Of a DNA stretch of 64,000 nt, positions 1 through 8,001 are shown in pieces. The translations under genes and the position numbers were made by a program. The stretch is from Candidatus Eiseniibacteriota bacterium (lineage in GTDB: Bacteria; Eisenbacteria; RBG-16-71-46; CAZAMP01), in the NCBI GenBank assembly GCA_965224245.1, contig OZ245046.1, positions 1,408,001-1,472,000 on the forward strand. Reading direction: 5' to 3'. The stretch's first letter is position 1, and every line of letters starts with the position of its first letter. The notes beneath the pieces were generated by a model. It was not told the origin of the DNA and ran no database searches. It was given only the letters and a program-made list of their open reading frames with translations.

Positions 1-377
1 GTTGCCGTGCACGCCTCGACCAGCGTGGGTGCGCGCGTTCCTTCTCGCGCGCCTCCTCAGGTGTTTCGTGCGCTAAGCATTACCTTGGGCTCGATCCACC
101 GTACACGGGCGGGCCCTCCCTTTTCGTGGCTTCCAGCCGGCTGGGCCATCGGTTGGCCATGTGGCCTCCTCTCCGTAGTCTGCCGCGCTGATATGCGTCG
201 ACATCTCCCACGGAAGAACCTATAGCCACGACCGGGAGTCCCGCTAGGTCGAAGGTCGCCAGACTTCACCAGATCGCGAACGGCTTCGCTCGCTGCATTC
301 GAGCCTTTCCGCCACGTCCGATGTCGTGACAACCGCTCTCTGGTCGGTCCAATCAACGGATCGAGCGCACATCGGCG

Positions 378-1643
378 TCAGACGCTCGCTGGCTGTGCGA
401 CCGGAGCGCCGACCTTGCGCGCGCGGATGAACTCCTCGAGATCGCTCGGATCGACGCGGAACCGCCGGCCGATCCGCAGCGCGCGGAGTTCCCCGTTCGC
501 GGCCAATCGATAGACGTCGTGGGGATGAACCTGAAGTGCGCCGGCCACCTCGGCAGCCGTTAGGAGCCGCCGATCTACGCTTGCCGTCTCCAGTCGTCTG
601 CACGCGATACCTCCTGCCTCGTGCGATCGGGACGTCACATGGCGGCTGGGGTGCCGCCATCCGTCGTCACCTATCGACAGGACCGTACGACCGAGTGGTC
701 GGCTGTCGTCACTAGGCAAGAAGGCTTCCGTAATGTAAGGGAGGTTCACGTACTTCGATGCACGGTAACAGATTGGCTGGACGTTCTTCTTTCCGAGGTA
801 CTTCGCGCGGACATCCAAGAACGGCCGTTCGCACTCGCGGCACCGGTACACGTATCGCGCGTACATCGGCGCCATGAGAACCGCGAGTAGGTACAGAACC
901 CGCGTGTTCAGGCTTTTCGTGACAAAGCGGACATCGAGAAGCGGATCGTCGGACAAACGCGGAGGAGTGCGATCAGTGGCGTGAGGAGAGAGAATGGCGG
1001 GAACGATGGGCTGCCCCGCAAAGAAGTGGTCCAGCAGTTCCCCATGCAGGACGTGCCATTGGGAACGTACGCGCCGATCTAGATCCGGTGCCACGAGATG
1101 GCTGGGTCCGATCGGGACTTGGCCGAACAGCCAGCCCTGTCGAGGTGTACCCCAATCTTCGACATCCGCGAGGAAACCGACTACCCGCCGCACGCGAAAG
1201 CGCAACCATCTCAACCGTCCCAGCGTTGGCAAGTCCTCAGCTGGCGCGGCTGAACTAAGGCGTAGCCCAAGATCGTATGCCTCCTGAGCTACAGTCTCCG
1301 CCGCACGTTGTTCGAGCGGATGCCGCTTGCTCCTCGCCGGAAACCCGCGACTCTTACCGCGCTCCCGTGGGGGAAGAAACTCGTCGAGAATTCGGACCTT
1401 CAAGGCCGCTGGAAACTCGAAGTAGGCTTGCGCCAACTCCCGCATCGCCCACTCTGGAGGTGATCTGAGGGGTGTGAGCGGATCACTCGCGAATTGGACG
1501 ATCTGCGCAAGGGCAGCAAGGACCCCTAGCTGCGCGAACCGCTTTCGGTCGGCCTGCGTCAGGGCCGACCGCTTCTCGGTCCCGTGTTTGCTCCGGCCGC
1601 CACTCGGCGTCCTGCGATCTTCCTCGTGTGAGCTATCAACCAT
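378..1643 (-). CDS. Hypothetical protein with CxxC Zn-ribbon and C-terminal HTH_17 (excisionase-like) domain; Xis part may be a separate small gene
   Basis: YRCRECERPFLD...C motif; C-terminal LLTAAEVAGALQVHPHDVYRLAANGELRALRIGRRFRVDPSDLEEFI is a typical HTH_17 pattern; ATG 1643 chosen because the upstream gene ends at 1661. Confidence 0.6.
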   Translation of the reverse strand: MVDSSHEEDRRTPSGGRSKHGTEKRSALTQADRKRFAQLGVLAALAQIVQFASDPLTPLRSPPEWAMRELAQAYFEFPAALKVRILDEFLPPRERGKSRGFPARSKRHPLEQRAAETVAQEAYDLGLRLSSAAPAEDLPTLGRLRWLRFRVRRVVGFLADVEDWGTPRQGWLFGQVPIGPSHLVAPDLDRRVRSQWHVLHGELLDHFFAGQPIVPAILSPHATDRTPPRLSDDPLLDVRFVTKSLNTRVLYLLAVLMAPMYARYVYRCRECERPFLDVRAKYLGKKNVQPICYRASKYVNLPYITEAFLPSDDSRPLGRTVLSIGDDGWRHPSRHVTSRSHEAGGIACRRLETASVDRRLLTAAEVAGALQVHPHDVYRLAANGELRALRIGRRFRVDPSDLEEFIRARKVGAPVAQPASV

Positions 1644-1660
1644 CACGCAACCATGCCAAC

Positions 1661-2588
1661 TCAGTATGGAGACGGGATGAGAACCCACTCGGTGACGCCG
1701 TCTAGGTAGTAGTAGATGTCTCCGGTGTCTGTCGTGTAGAAACGATACGACCACGCGTTGATGTTCTCGGTCGGCGTTGGCGGATCGAGTTGACCTGCTA
1801 GCTGACGACTCACGCTGCCGTTGTCCAGACTCCACACCTTGCCGTTTTCTGCCAGCGCTATGCGTCTATCCCCCCCCCGCGATGCTCGTGTCAAAAGAGC
1901 CGAAGAAGACCGGCACCACGGGGAGTGCGCGCTCCAGGTCAGTCGGGAGAGTGTGTGCCCGGCCAGATCGCCAGTACAGCTCCCGGCTCTCCGTAACAGC
2001 ATAGGTGCCAGACCAAAGCTCCACATCCGTGCCCGGCACCGGAGGCGAATACGGGTCGAACACCCAGTGATACTCGCCGCGCCCCTCTTGCGGGTGAGAG
2101 TCGTCATCCTGTACCCAGGACCACACCACGCCGCTCTGCATGAGAAGACGCAGCGCCGGTTCAGTGCCGTAGAACGACTCGGGGTTGTTCTCGTCGACAA
2201 CCTCCGCCGCTACCACGTTTGCAATCCCCGAGACCGTGGGGACCAACCCGGCGTCGTACCAAAGCTCGTCGACGAGCTGCCAGACTGTGCCATCTGTTTC
2301 CAGAATGATGGTCTCACTCCACGTCCGGATATCCTCGACCGGGATGGGAGGAGACAGGTCAGCGACCGGCGAGCCTAGGCTGGTACCACCCGTGAAACTA
2401 TAGACATCCCCGTTGGTGAACAGGATGAGATAGGCGCTACCACTCCCTGCGCTCCGCCAGATCGTGTGCACGGTCACCGTCGGATCGCCTCGGCTCACGC
2501 CGGACGCGGAACTCGGTGGCTCGGTTGGCTTGTCGGAGCATCCCGCCAGGATGAGAAACGGAATGCACGATGCCGCTGCTAGCCGCAT
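1661..2588 (-). pseudogene. Lipoprotein with three Trp-containing repeats, frameshifted at a G9 tract (1870-1878)
   Basis: GGAGGG RBS, ATG 2588, lipobox ILAGC; frame stops at 1866 just after the G9 run; third repeat (IALAENGKVWS...PPTPTENINAWSYRFYTTDTGDIYY) continues in another frame to 1661; G8 gives one 308-aa ORF. Confidence 0.65.
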
Positions 2589-2865
2589 GACGACCCTCCA
2601 GGGCTTGTGAGGTAGGTCCACACGAAGGTACTGGCGTCATCGTACAGCTACTGATAAGGGTACGATAATGCTGATTTGCATACCCTTGGGGATGCTGTCT
2701 GCATGTCATCGAAATCTGGGCGGAGCGTCGAGGTTCAATGCGAGACCTACTATGCGAGGATGATGCAACGCGCGACTCGGCAAGGGGCCGAGCACCGCGT
2801 CCTCCCGAATGCAAGGGTGTGCCGCTGACGGTGCGGACAACTCTCACGCTTCGCCCCTCTCTGAC

Positions 2866-3102
2866 CTATCGTTTCGGTGGTCGCCCAGCCCGCAATGCGC
2901 GACCGTGATCGGGGAACTCCTCTCCGTCGTTGTGGCGTCTCTCCAGGCGCGCGATCTCCCTCTCAAGGGCGGCCGCAGCGAGCCCGGAGAGGGTCAGGAA
3001 CTCCGGGGGTCCGGCGAGCGCAATCACCGTGCGTCGCGCACGGGCAATCAACTCCGGATCTAGCTGAGCGGTAAACCGCTCGCGCTTTCGTTGTTCGCTC
3101 AT
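2866..3102 (-). CDS. Small ribbon-helix-helix DNA-binding protein (ParB_C-like)
   Basis: 78 aa, MSEQRKRERFTAQL...LSGLAAAALEREIARLERRHNDGEEFP...LRAGRP; ATGA overlap with recombinase stop. Confidence 0.6.
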   Translation of the reverse strand: MSEQRKRERFTAQLDPELIARARRTVIALAGPPEFLTLSGLAAAALEREIARLERRHNDGEEFPDHGRALRAGRPPKR

Positions 3103-4037
3103 GATGCCCCTTCGGCCACGAGCGCGGCGATGGCCCCGCCGACGTCGGTCCGGTTGTCGTCGTAAACGCTCACGGTCCGAACGTCGCGATGGCGCGAGAA
3201 GGCCGCGACGGTCCGAACATTCCCGTTGGTCAGATCGAGAGCATGCGTAATCGCGGCGTGCCGGAGCCCGTGCGGACGAACCGTGCCGAGCCCGGCCGCG
3301 TCGGCGACGCGAGCCACGAGGCGCGCTACGGACGTTCCCGAAAGCCGCTTGCCCCCGCTTGCGCGATCGAGGGCGACGAACGCGGCCCCGTCCGCCTCGT
3401 GAACGTCGAACCACGCCGAGAGCGCGGCCACGGTCGGAGCCGGAAGCGTGAGCGTCACGCGTTCGGTGCGGCCTTTCCCGAGCACGGCCACGGTTCCGGC
3501 GTCGAGGTCGATGTCGGCACGATCGAGGCGCGTCACTTCGGCGCGGCGAAGCCCGAGGTCGAACAGCAGGCGCAGGATGGCCCGGTCACGACGCACGAGC
3601 GAGGTATCAGGCATCGCGGCGAGCGCCGCGAGCATGGCCCGGAAACCGGCGAGGCCCGGCCCGCGCGTGTCGCGGTACTTCTGAGACTTGACGCTCTCCA
3701 CGTCGAGCGCCCACGAGACCACGCCCACAGTTCGGGCGAGCTTGACCACGGAACGGAGCGCAGCGAGACGTCTGTTGATCGTCGCCGGCGATAGGTCGCG
3801 CTCGATCAGGTGAGCGCGGTACGCATGCGCCAGGGCGTTGGCCAGTCCATGCCCACGCGAGAGAAGCGCGCCCACAGCCGCGTCCGGGTCGGGAGCGCCC
3901 ACGAACGCGGCGAAGTCGATCAAGTCGGCGTGATAAGCGCGGCGGGTCGCCTCGGTGCGTCCGGCCAGGAACGCGCCCACGAGCTCGGTGCGGCTCGGAA
4001 GGGCGAGGGCGGTATCGGTGACGGTGGAGAGCGACAT
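3099..4037 (-). CDS. Tyrosine recombinase (XerC/D-like)
   Basis: Catalytic pattern LGLRRAE, GKG, HGLRH, SRH, VYDD; N-terminal core-binding domain (SPATINRRLAALRS). Confidence 0.92.
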   Translation of the reverse strand: MSLSTVTDTALALPSRTELVGAFLAGRTEATRRAYHADLIDFAAFVGAPDPDAAVGALLSRGHGLANALAHAYRAHLIERDLSPATINRRLAALRSVVKLARTVGVVSWALDVESVKSQKYRDTRGPGLAGFRAMLAALAAMPDTSLVRRDRAILRLLFDLGLRRAEVTRLDRADIDLDAGTVAVLGKGRTERVTLTLPAPTVAALSAWFDVHEADGAAFVALDRASGGKRLSGTSVARLVARVADAAGLGTVRPHGLRHAAITHALDLTNGNVRTVAAFSRHRDVRTVSVYDDNRTDVGGAIAALVAEGAS

Positions 4038-4088
4038 CGGGAACCCCTTTGCTGGCGACCTAGTGGGATATTAGCACAAATACTCCCA

Positions 4089-4337
4089 TTAGTTCAATCG
4101 GTTCCCGTTTGTTTCTCTCTCGATGTCGGCGAGCCGTTCCCCGTTGAATATCCGAGCCACCTTGAGAAACACGTCGAGCATGCCCCGAGGGATACGCCAG
4201 TCCGCCCCCGGCCACGGCTGAAAGCCGTGAATGTGGCCCTGGCGGAGTAGCTTCCGCACGTAGCGCGGCGTCACGCCGAGCGCCGAGGCCGCCTCGCGAG
4301 TGCCCATTGTCTCGGTTCTGAGGTTCTTCCGTTCCAT
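4089..4337 (-). CDS. HTH_17 / excisionase-like DNA-binding protein
   Basis: MGTREAASALGVTPRYVRKLLRQGHIHGFQPWPGADWRIP; purine-rich RBS before ATG 4337. Confidence 0.75.
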   Translation of the reverse strand: MERKNLRTETMGTREAASALGVTPRYVRKLLRQGHIHGFQPWPGADWRIPRGMLDVFLKVARIFNGERLADIERETNGNRLN

Positions 4338-4471
4338 CGGTCCCCCCCCTCCCCGGTCAACGTGGCGAACGTAGCAAACCGGAACAATGGGAACAATCGG
4401 TACCGATTTCAGCCTACAAATGCCCCTGAGTTTACCAGGTGCCCGGCCGGGTCGGTCCGATGGTTTCGGCC

Positions 4472-4690
4472 TCACTCCGCTGGGTCCTTCGGTGCGCGTT
4501 TCGCGCGGTTCGCAAGTGTCTCGAGAAAGGGGCCAAGCTCGCGGTCGTGCCGATCAGCCTGATTGAGTCGCGCGAGGATGGCGAGCCAACAGGCCGCACC
4601 GATCGCGGTCGGCCCCAACGTGGCGGTTGAGACCGTAAAGAGCGCCACGATGGCGGACAGCACGGAAACGATGCTGAGTACCGTTGTCAT
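4472..4690 (-). CDS. Small membrane protein
   Basis: 72 aa with two hydrophobic segments (MTTVLSIVSVLSAIVALF; AIGAACWLAILA). Confidence 0.4.
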   Translation of the reverse strand: MTTVLSIVSVLSAIVALFTVSTATLGPTAIGAACWLAILARLNQADRHDRELGPFLETLANRAKRAPKDPAE

Positions 4691-4955
4691 GGCTCGGAGT
4701 CTAAGCGGATCGCGGGAGGATCGCCCCCCCCTGGCCAGAGGGGGAGGCCCCCCGGCCGCGCCGACCAGTGACGGTACTACCGTCTCAAGCCTCGCCACCG
4801 GGAACGGTGCCCTCTAGGCCGTGTCCGCGACGCCACGAGAGCCGCATCCCCGTTGCGGGCGGACGGGGCGGCGGCCAGGACGCGAGAGCGGGATGACCGG
4901 ATGGGTTAGAGGAACTATCGACTCCGTGGGGACTGCTGGGCAGACCCCAACAGCA

Positions 4956-5002
4956 AAGCAAGAAAGAAAGAAAGCCCCCGACCTTGGCCGTGGCCGGGGG
5001 CT
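4956..5002 (-). terminator. Rho-independent terminator
   Basis: Minus strand AGCCCCCGGCC-loop-GGTCGGGGGCT followed by TTCTTTCTTTCTT. Confidence 0.75.
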
Positions 5003-5007
5003 CACCG

Positions 5008-5100
5008 TTAGGCTCCTGGGTGCCGCAGAGCGTGCAACAAAGCCAGGACTCGGCTGGGGAGTGCGATGAGCATCCGAAGCCGAAGGTCGAAGCAGAGCAT
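5008..5100 (-). CDS. 30-aa hydrophobic/basic peptide (not in ORF track)
   Basis: GAGGAG 6 nt before ATG; MLCFDLRLRMLIALPSRVLALLHALRHPGA*; terminator 5 nt after stop. Confidence 0.5.
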   Translation of the reverse strand: MLCFDLRLRMLIALPSRVLALLHALRHPGA

Positions 5101-5151
5101 GGCAGACTCCTCAAGTGACGAGAGAGTATTCCCGGTTTGCTCGCTTCGCTA

Positions 5152-5175
5152 CGCTACCGATAGTTATCGGTAGCG
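5152..5175. promoter_or_regulatory. Perfect 11-bp inverted repeat (operator or recombination site)
   Basis: CGCTACCGATA-GT-TATCGGTAGCG. Confidence 0.5.
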
Positions 5176-5240
5176 CTGTTCGGCTTCTGACCTTTTTGTC
5201 TCCCCAGTCACGCAAATCCACCCGGATATCGCAGGCATTC

Positions 5241-5816
5241 TTATGCGGCTGATCTTCTCGGAAGAGTACCCAGCCCCCTGGCGGCAACGAGCACGTCGAC
5301 GGTCACCCGCATCGCTTGAGGGGATTTCTTCGTTTTGCGCGTACCGGCCAGCTCAAGAGCTTCGTTGATTGCTTTTTGAATGTGACCGTTGTTGATGCCC
5401 CTCTGATCAACGAAGCTCTGAAGCAGAACGGCACGAAGCGCAATGTCGACCGGCCATGCGTGAGATGATTGCTTCTCAAGGCGATGCATCACTTGACGCG
5501 TAACGCCTAGACGAGTCGCAACTTCTTCCATCGAGAGTCGCACGTTCTTCCGAAGAAAACGGATCTCTTTTGGCGATAGCAGGGCCCTCTTTGTGAAGAG
5601 GGACAATGAGATGGAGTCATGCAGTAGTTGAGGCTTCGGGATTGAAACGAACTCCTCGCTGCAATGTCGGCAGTACACCCTTGGGACGTTTTCCAAGTAG
5701 ACATTATCGAGTCCACACTCGACAAACTGATAGGGTCCAGTGGTCTTTCTTGCGACCCGCCGGCACAGGGGGCACCGGCTGAGCACCCTTTTCCCTTTGG
5801 ATCTTCTGTTTGTCAC
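5241..5816 (-). CDS. MqsA/YgiT-type antitoxin (Zn ribbon + XRE HTH)
   Basis: CPLC...VYLENVPRVYCRHCSEE; LSPKEIRFLRKNVRLSMEEVATRLGVTRQVMHRLEK. Confidence 0.85.
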   Translation of the reverse strand: MTNRRSKGKRVLSRCPLCRRVARKTTGPYQFVECGLDNVYLENVPRVYCRHCSEEFVSIPKPQLLHDSISLSLFTKRALLSPKEIRFLRKNVRLSMEEVATRLGVTRQVMHRLEKQSSHAWPVDIALRAVLLQSFVDQRGINNGHIQKAINEALELAGTRKTKKSPQAMRVTVDVLVAARGLGTLPRRSAA

Positions 5817-5820
5817 CAGT

Positions 5821-6114
5821 TCACCCCGCTGCGATGACCGTTATCAATACGTACTGTTCAAGCTCCTGACTGACCGCGACGACGAGTTCCATCCGACCGC
5901 TCTCACAGGTACCAGCTACCCTGATACTTACCTCATCACAGTCTATTCTGGTTCCCTGAACTTCGACGACACTCCCGGACCGCATAACCTGAAGTACGTC
6001 ATGGGAGTCGAAGCCACGTTCCCTCAATCGCTTGCCCGCGTGGCGCGAAAGGACCATCGACCACTCATCCCTCACGGCTTTTCGAACAAGCCGTTGCGCA
6101 TCTCGCCTATTCAT
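5821..6114 (-). CDS. DUF4258-family (RelE-like) toxin
   Basis: LSRHAGKRLRERGFDSHDVLQVMRSG ... VLITVI; immediately upstream of the antitoxin. Confidence 0.8.
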   Translation of the reverse strand: MNRRDAQRLVRKAVRDEWSMVLSRHAGKRLRERGFDSHDVLQVMRSGSVVEVQGTRIDCDEVSIRVAGTCESGRMELVVAVSQELEQYVLITVIAAG

Positions 6115-6149
6115 CGGCGGACCAACCGAGGGACTTGAAGATGTGTGAT

Positions 6150-6178
6150 ATTGTTACATTTCCAGCTCCCATTGTCAA
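6150..6178 (-). promoter_or_regulatory. sigma70-type promoter of TA operon
   Basis: TTGACA-N17-AACAAT on minus strand, 35 nt upstream of toxin ATG. Confidence 0.6.
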
Positions 6179-6352
6179 CGGTCTCACGCCACCGGACTGC
6201 TCATAACAGCTTGTAAACATACAGGTTACCTGCATCGGGGATAGGTACAAAGCTAGACCGACACGAACAGTACACTTGGATACACGTTTGGGGCAAGGCA
6301 AGACTGTGCGCCCCAAGCGACGCCAAGCGGCCAATCAACGGAAACGACGGGA

Positions 6353-6625
6353 TCAACGGGTTTCGAGACGGCCCGAACGTGTCGCGTGCCCCAGACTCCG
6401 CGCGACGGCGCGACAGTCAAGCGGCCAATCGGCGATTTCGGCAGTCCCTGCCGGGTTCGGCCCGGAGCGACAGTAGAACGCTGCCAACCCAGGGGCGATG
6501 ACATGCGACTCCGCGACAAGCCCCGAAGGGCTGTGCAGATTGACTCGGCCGGCGCTCGACGTGGCCGGCATCACCAGGGCGATCACGCCCACGGCAAACG
6601 CTAGAGACTTGGCGGACCAACGCAT
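6353..6625 (-). CDS. Short/truncated secreted paralogue of the adjacent FlgD protein
   Basis: Signal peptide MRWSAKSLAFAVGVIALVMPATSSAGRV closely similar to that of 6717-7373; shared upstream DNA. Confidence 0.5.
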   Translation of the reverse strand: MRWSAKSLAFAVGVIALVMPATSSAGRVNLHSPSGLVAESHVIAPGLAAFYCRSGPNPAGTAEIADWPLDCRAVARSLGHATRSGRLETR

Positions 6626-7447
6626 CGGTTCCCCCTTGGTGTGTGGAATGGTCCGGTGAGTCTACCGCGATCCCGGCAGGCGCGGGGTGTCGCACGTCCC
6701 GAGCTACCGCCCTTTCCTACGGTGCCAACGTGATCTTGGCGGTTGCCTCGAAACCGTCGGCGGCTCTGAGTGTTGCCAGGTACACGCCCGGAGCGACGTG
6801 CCCGCCGTCAGCGTCGCGGCCGTCCCACGTCACGGCGAAACGTTCGACGGCGACGGTGCCGATCCGGATCTCGCGAACAAGCCGGCCATCGGCGGAATAG
6901 ATCGAAACGATCGCGTCTCCGAGCGGTTGACCGGTCTCGAAGTTGATGGTTGTGGCTTGCACGAAAGGATTGGGAGCGGCTAGCCCCCGCTCGTGGGTCG
7001 CGGGTGTCGATGGTGGCACGCCAACGGGAAAGCCCGGAAGTTGGCCGGAGGTAGCCCAGAAACCAGTGCGGGCGAGCCAACCGATGCCGTCCTTGGTCAC
7101 GATTGTGTTGAGCAACCACCATTCCATGTCGGAGACCGGGACCGGCCAAGTGCCGTCGCCCGGTATCGGATAGAGACACCACGTGATCTCGCCGGTCGGA
7201 CAGTTGTCATCAACCACCCAGAGGTTTCCGGCCCGATCGAGTAGATAAAAAGCCTCGGACGCCACAATTCCAGAGTCCGACTGGAGGTAGTGAACACGTC
7301 CGGCGTTCGCCGGAGTCGCCAGGGCGAGGGCGAGCACGCCCACGGTGACCGCAAGAGACTTGGACCAACGCATCGTTGCCCCCTTGGTGTGTGGTCCGGT
7401 GAGTCTACCGCGATCTACGGCCACGGTGTCATGGTGTCGCACGTCCC
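6540..7447. repeat. Imperfect direct repeat of promoter-RBS-signal-peptide cassette (about 6540-6700 and 7290-7447)
   Basis: Shared blocks GGACCAACGCATCG, CCCCCTTGGTGTGTGG, TGGTCCGGTGAGTCTACCGCGATC, GGTGTCGCACGTCCC. Confidence 0.85.
6717..7373 (-). CDS. Secreted protein with Trp-containing repeat domain and C-terminal FlgD-Ig domain
   Basis: Signal peptide; APNPF...IYSADGRLVR...WDGRDADG...APGVY tail. Confidence 0.8.
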   Translation of the reverse strand: MRWSKSLAVTVGVLALALATPANAGRVHYLQSDSGIVASEAFYLLDRAGNLWVVDDNCPTGEITWCLYPIPGDGTWPVPVSDMEWWLLNTIVTKDGIGWLARTGFWATSGQLPGFPVGVPPSTPATHERGLAAPNPFVQATTINFETGQPLGDAIVSIYSADGRLVREIRIGTVAVERFAVTWDGRDADGGHVAPGVYLATLRAADGFEATAKITLAP

Positions 7448-7617
7448 CGACTCGGCGCGACAGTGCGACGAGAAATCGGCAGGATCGGAAGTTTTGGAAG
7501 GTCGCGCGCCCGAGTCGGGCCGTCGCAAACGTCGCAAACGCCGAATTCGGCGCGACAGTGCGACACCCCTCAGGGGCAACAAATCGGATAAATCGGCTAG
7601 ATCGAACATCAAGCGGC

Positions 7618-8001
7618 CTAGCGTGAAACCCTTCACGCTAGCGCCTCACGGCGAACGATCGGCCCCGCTTGAACGATCGGCCATCGCTAGCTTCTGTGAG
7701 CACGTTTCGCGCGTCGGTCCGACCATGGACTCGCGTCCGGACCTTCGATCGCTCTGAGTCGCCTAACGACGCCCCAGGGACGGCCGCGCCGGAAAGATCC
7801 TCGCCCAACGTCGCCCGCCAAGCGTGCGGGGAGCGTGAAGGAACCCACCCGCCCCCGTAGGGGGTGGGTTCTTTCACGCTTCACGCTAGACCGTGCACGC
7901 TTCACGGTAGCCAGAGCCCCGTATACCACTTAACACAATGTCCTACAGTTGCTTGCGATACCGTGAAACATTTCACGCTTGGAGTTTCACGCTTCACGCT
8001 T
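7618..8001. repeat. Iteron-like TTCACGCT/AGCGTGAA cluster with inverted repeats (putative replication origin)
   Basis: About ten exact or near copies in direct and inverted orientation; IRs at 7618-7641, 7832-7880, 7962-7977; AT-richer stretch 7921-7960. Confidence 0.7.

Noticed and set aside
3099-4037. Recombinase as the element's tRNA-targeting integrase or an integron integrase
   Set aside because: Short Xer-like form lacking an arm-binding domain and IntI patch; internal position; no attC sites recognised
6270-6295. GTACACTTGGATACACGTTTGG as integrase arm sites
   Set aside because: Short and degenerate; no supporting core site
7618-8001. CRISPR array or retron/DGR-like repeats
   Set aside because: Repeats are 7-10 bp, irregularly spaced and in both orientations; no cas or reverse transcriptase gene in the window
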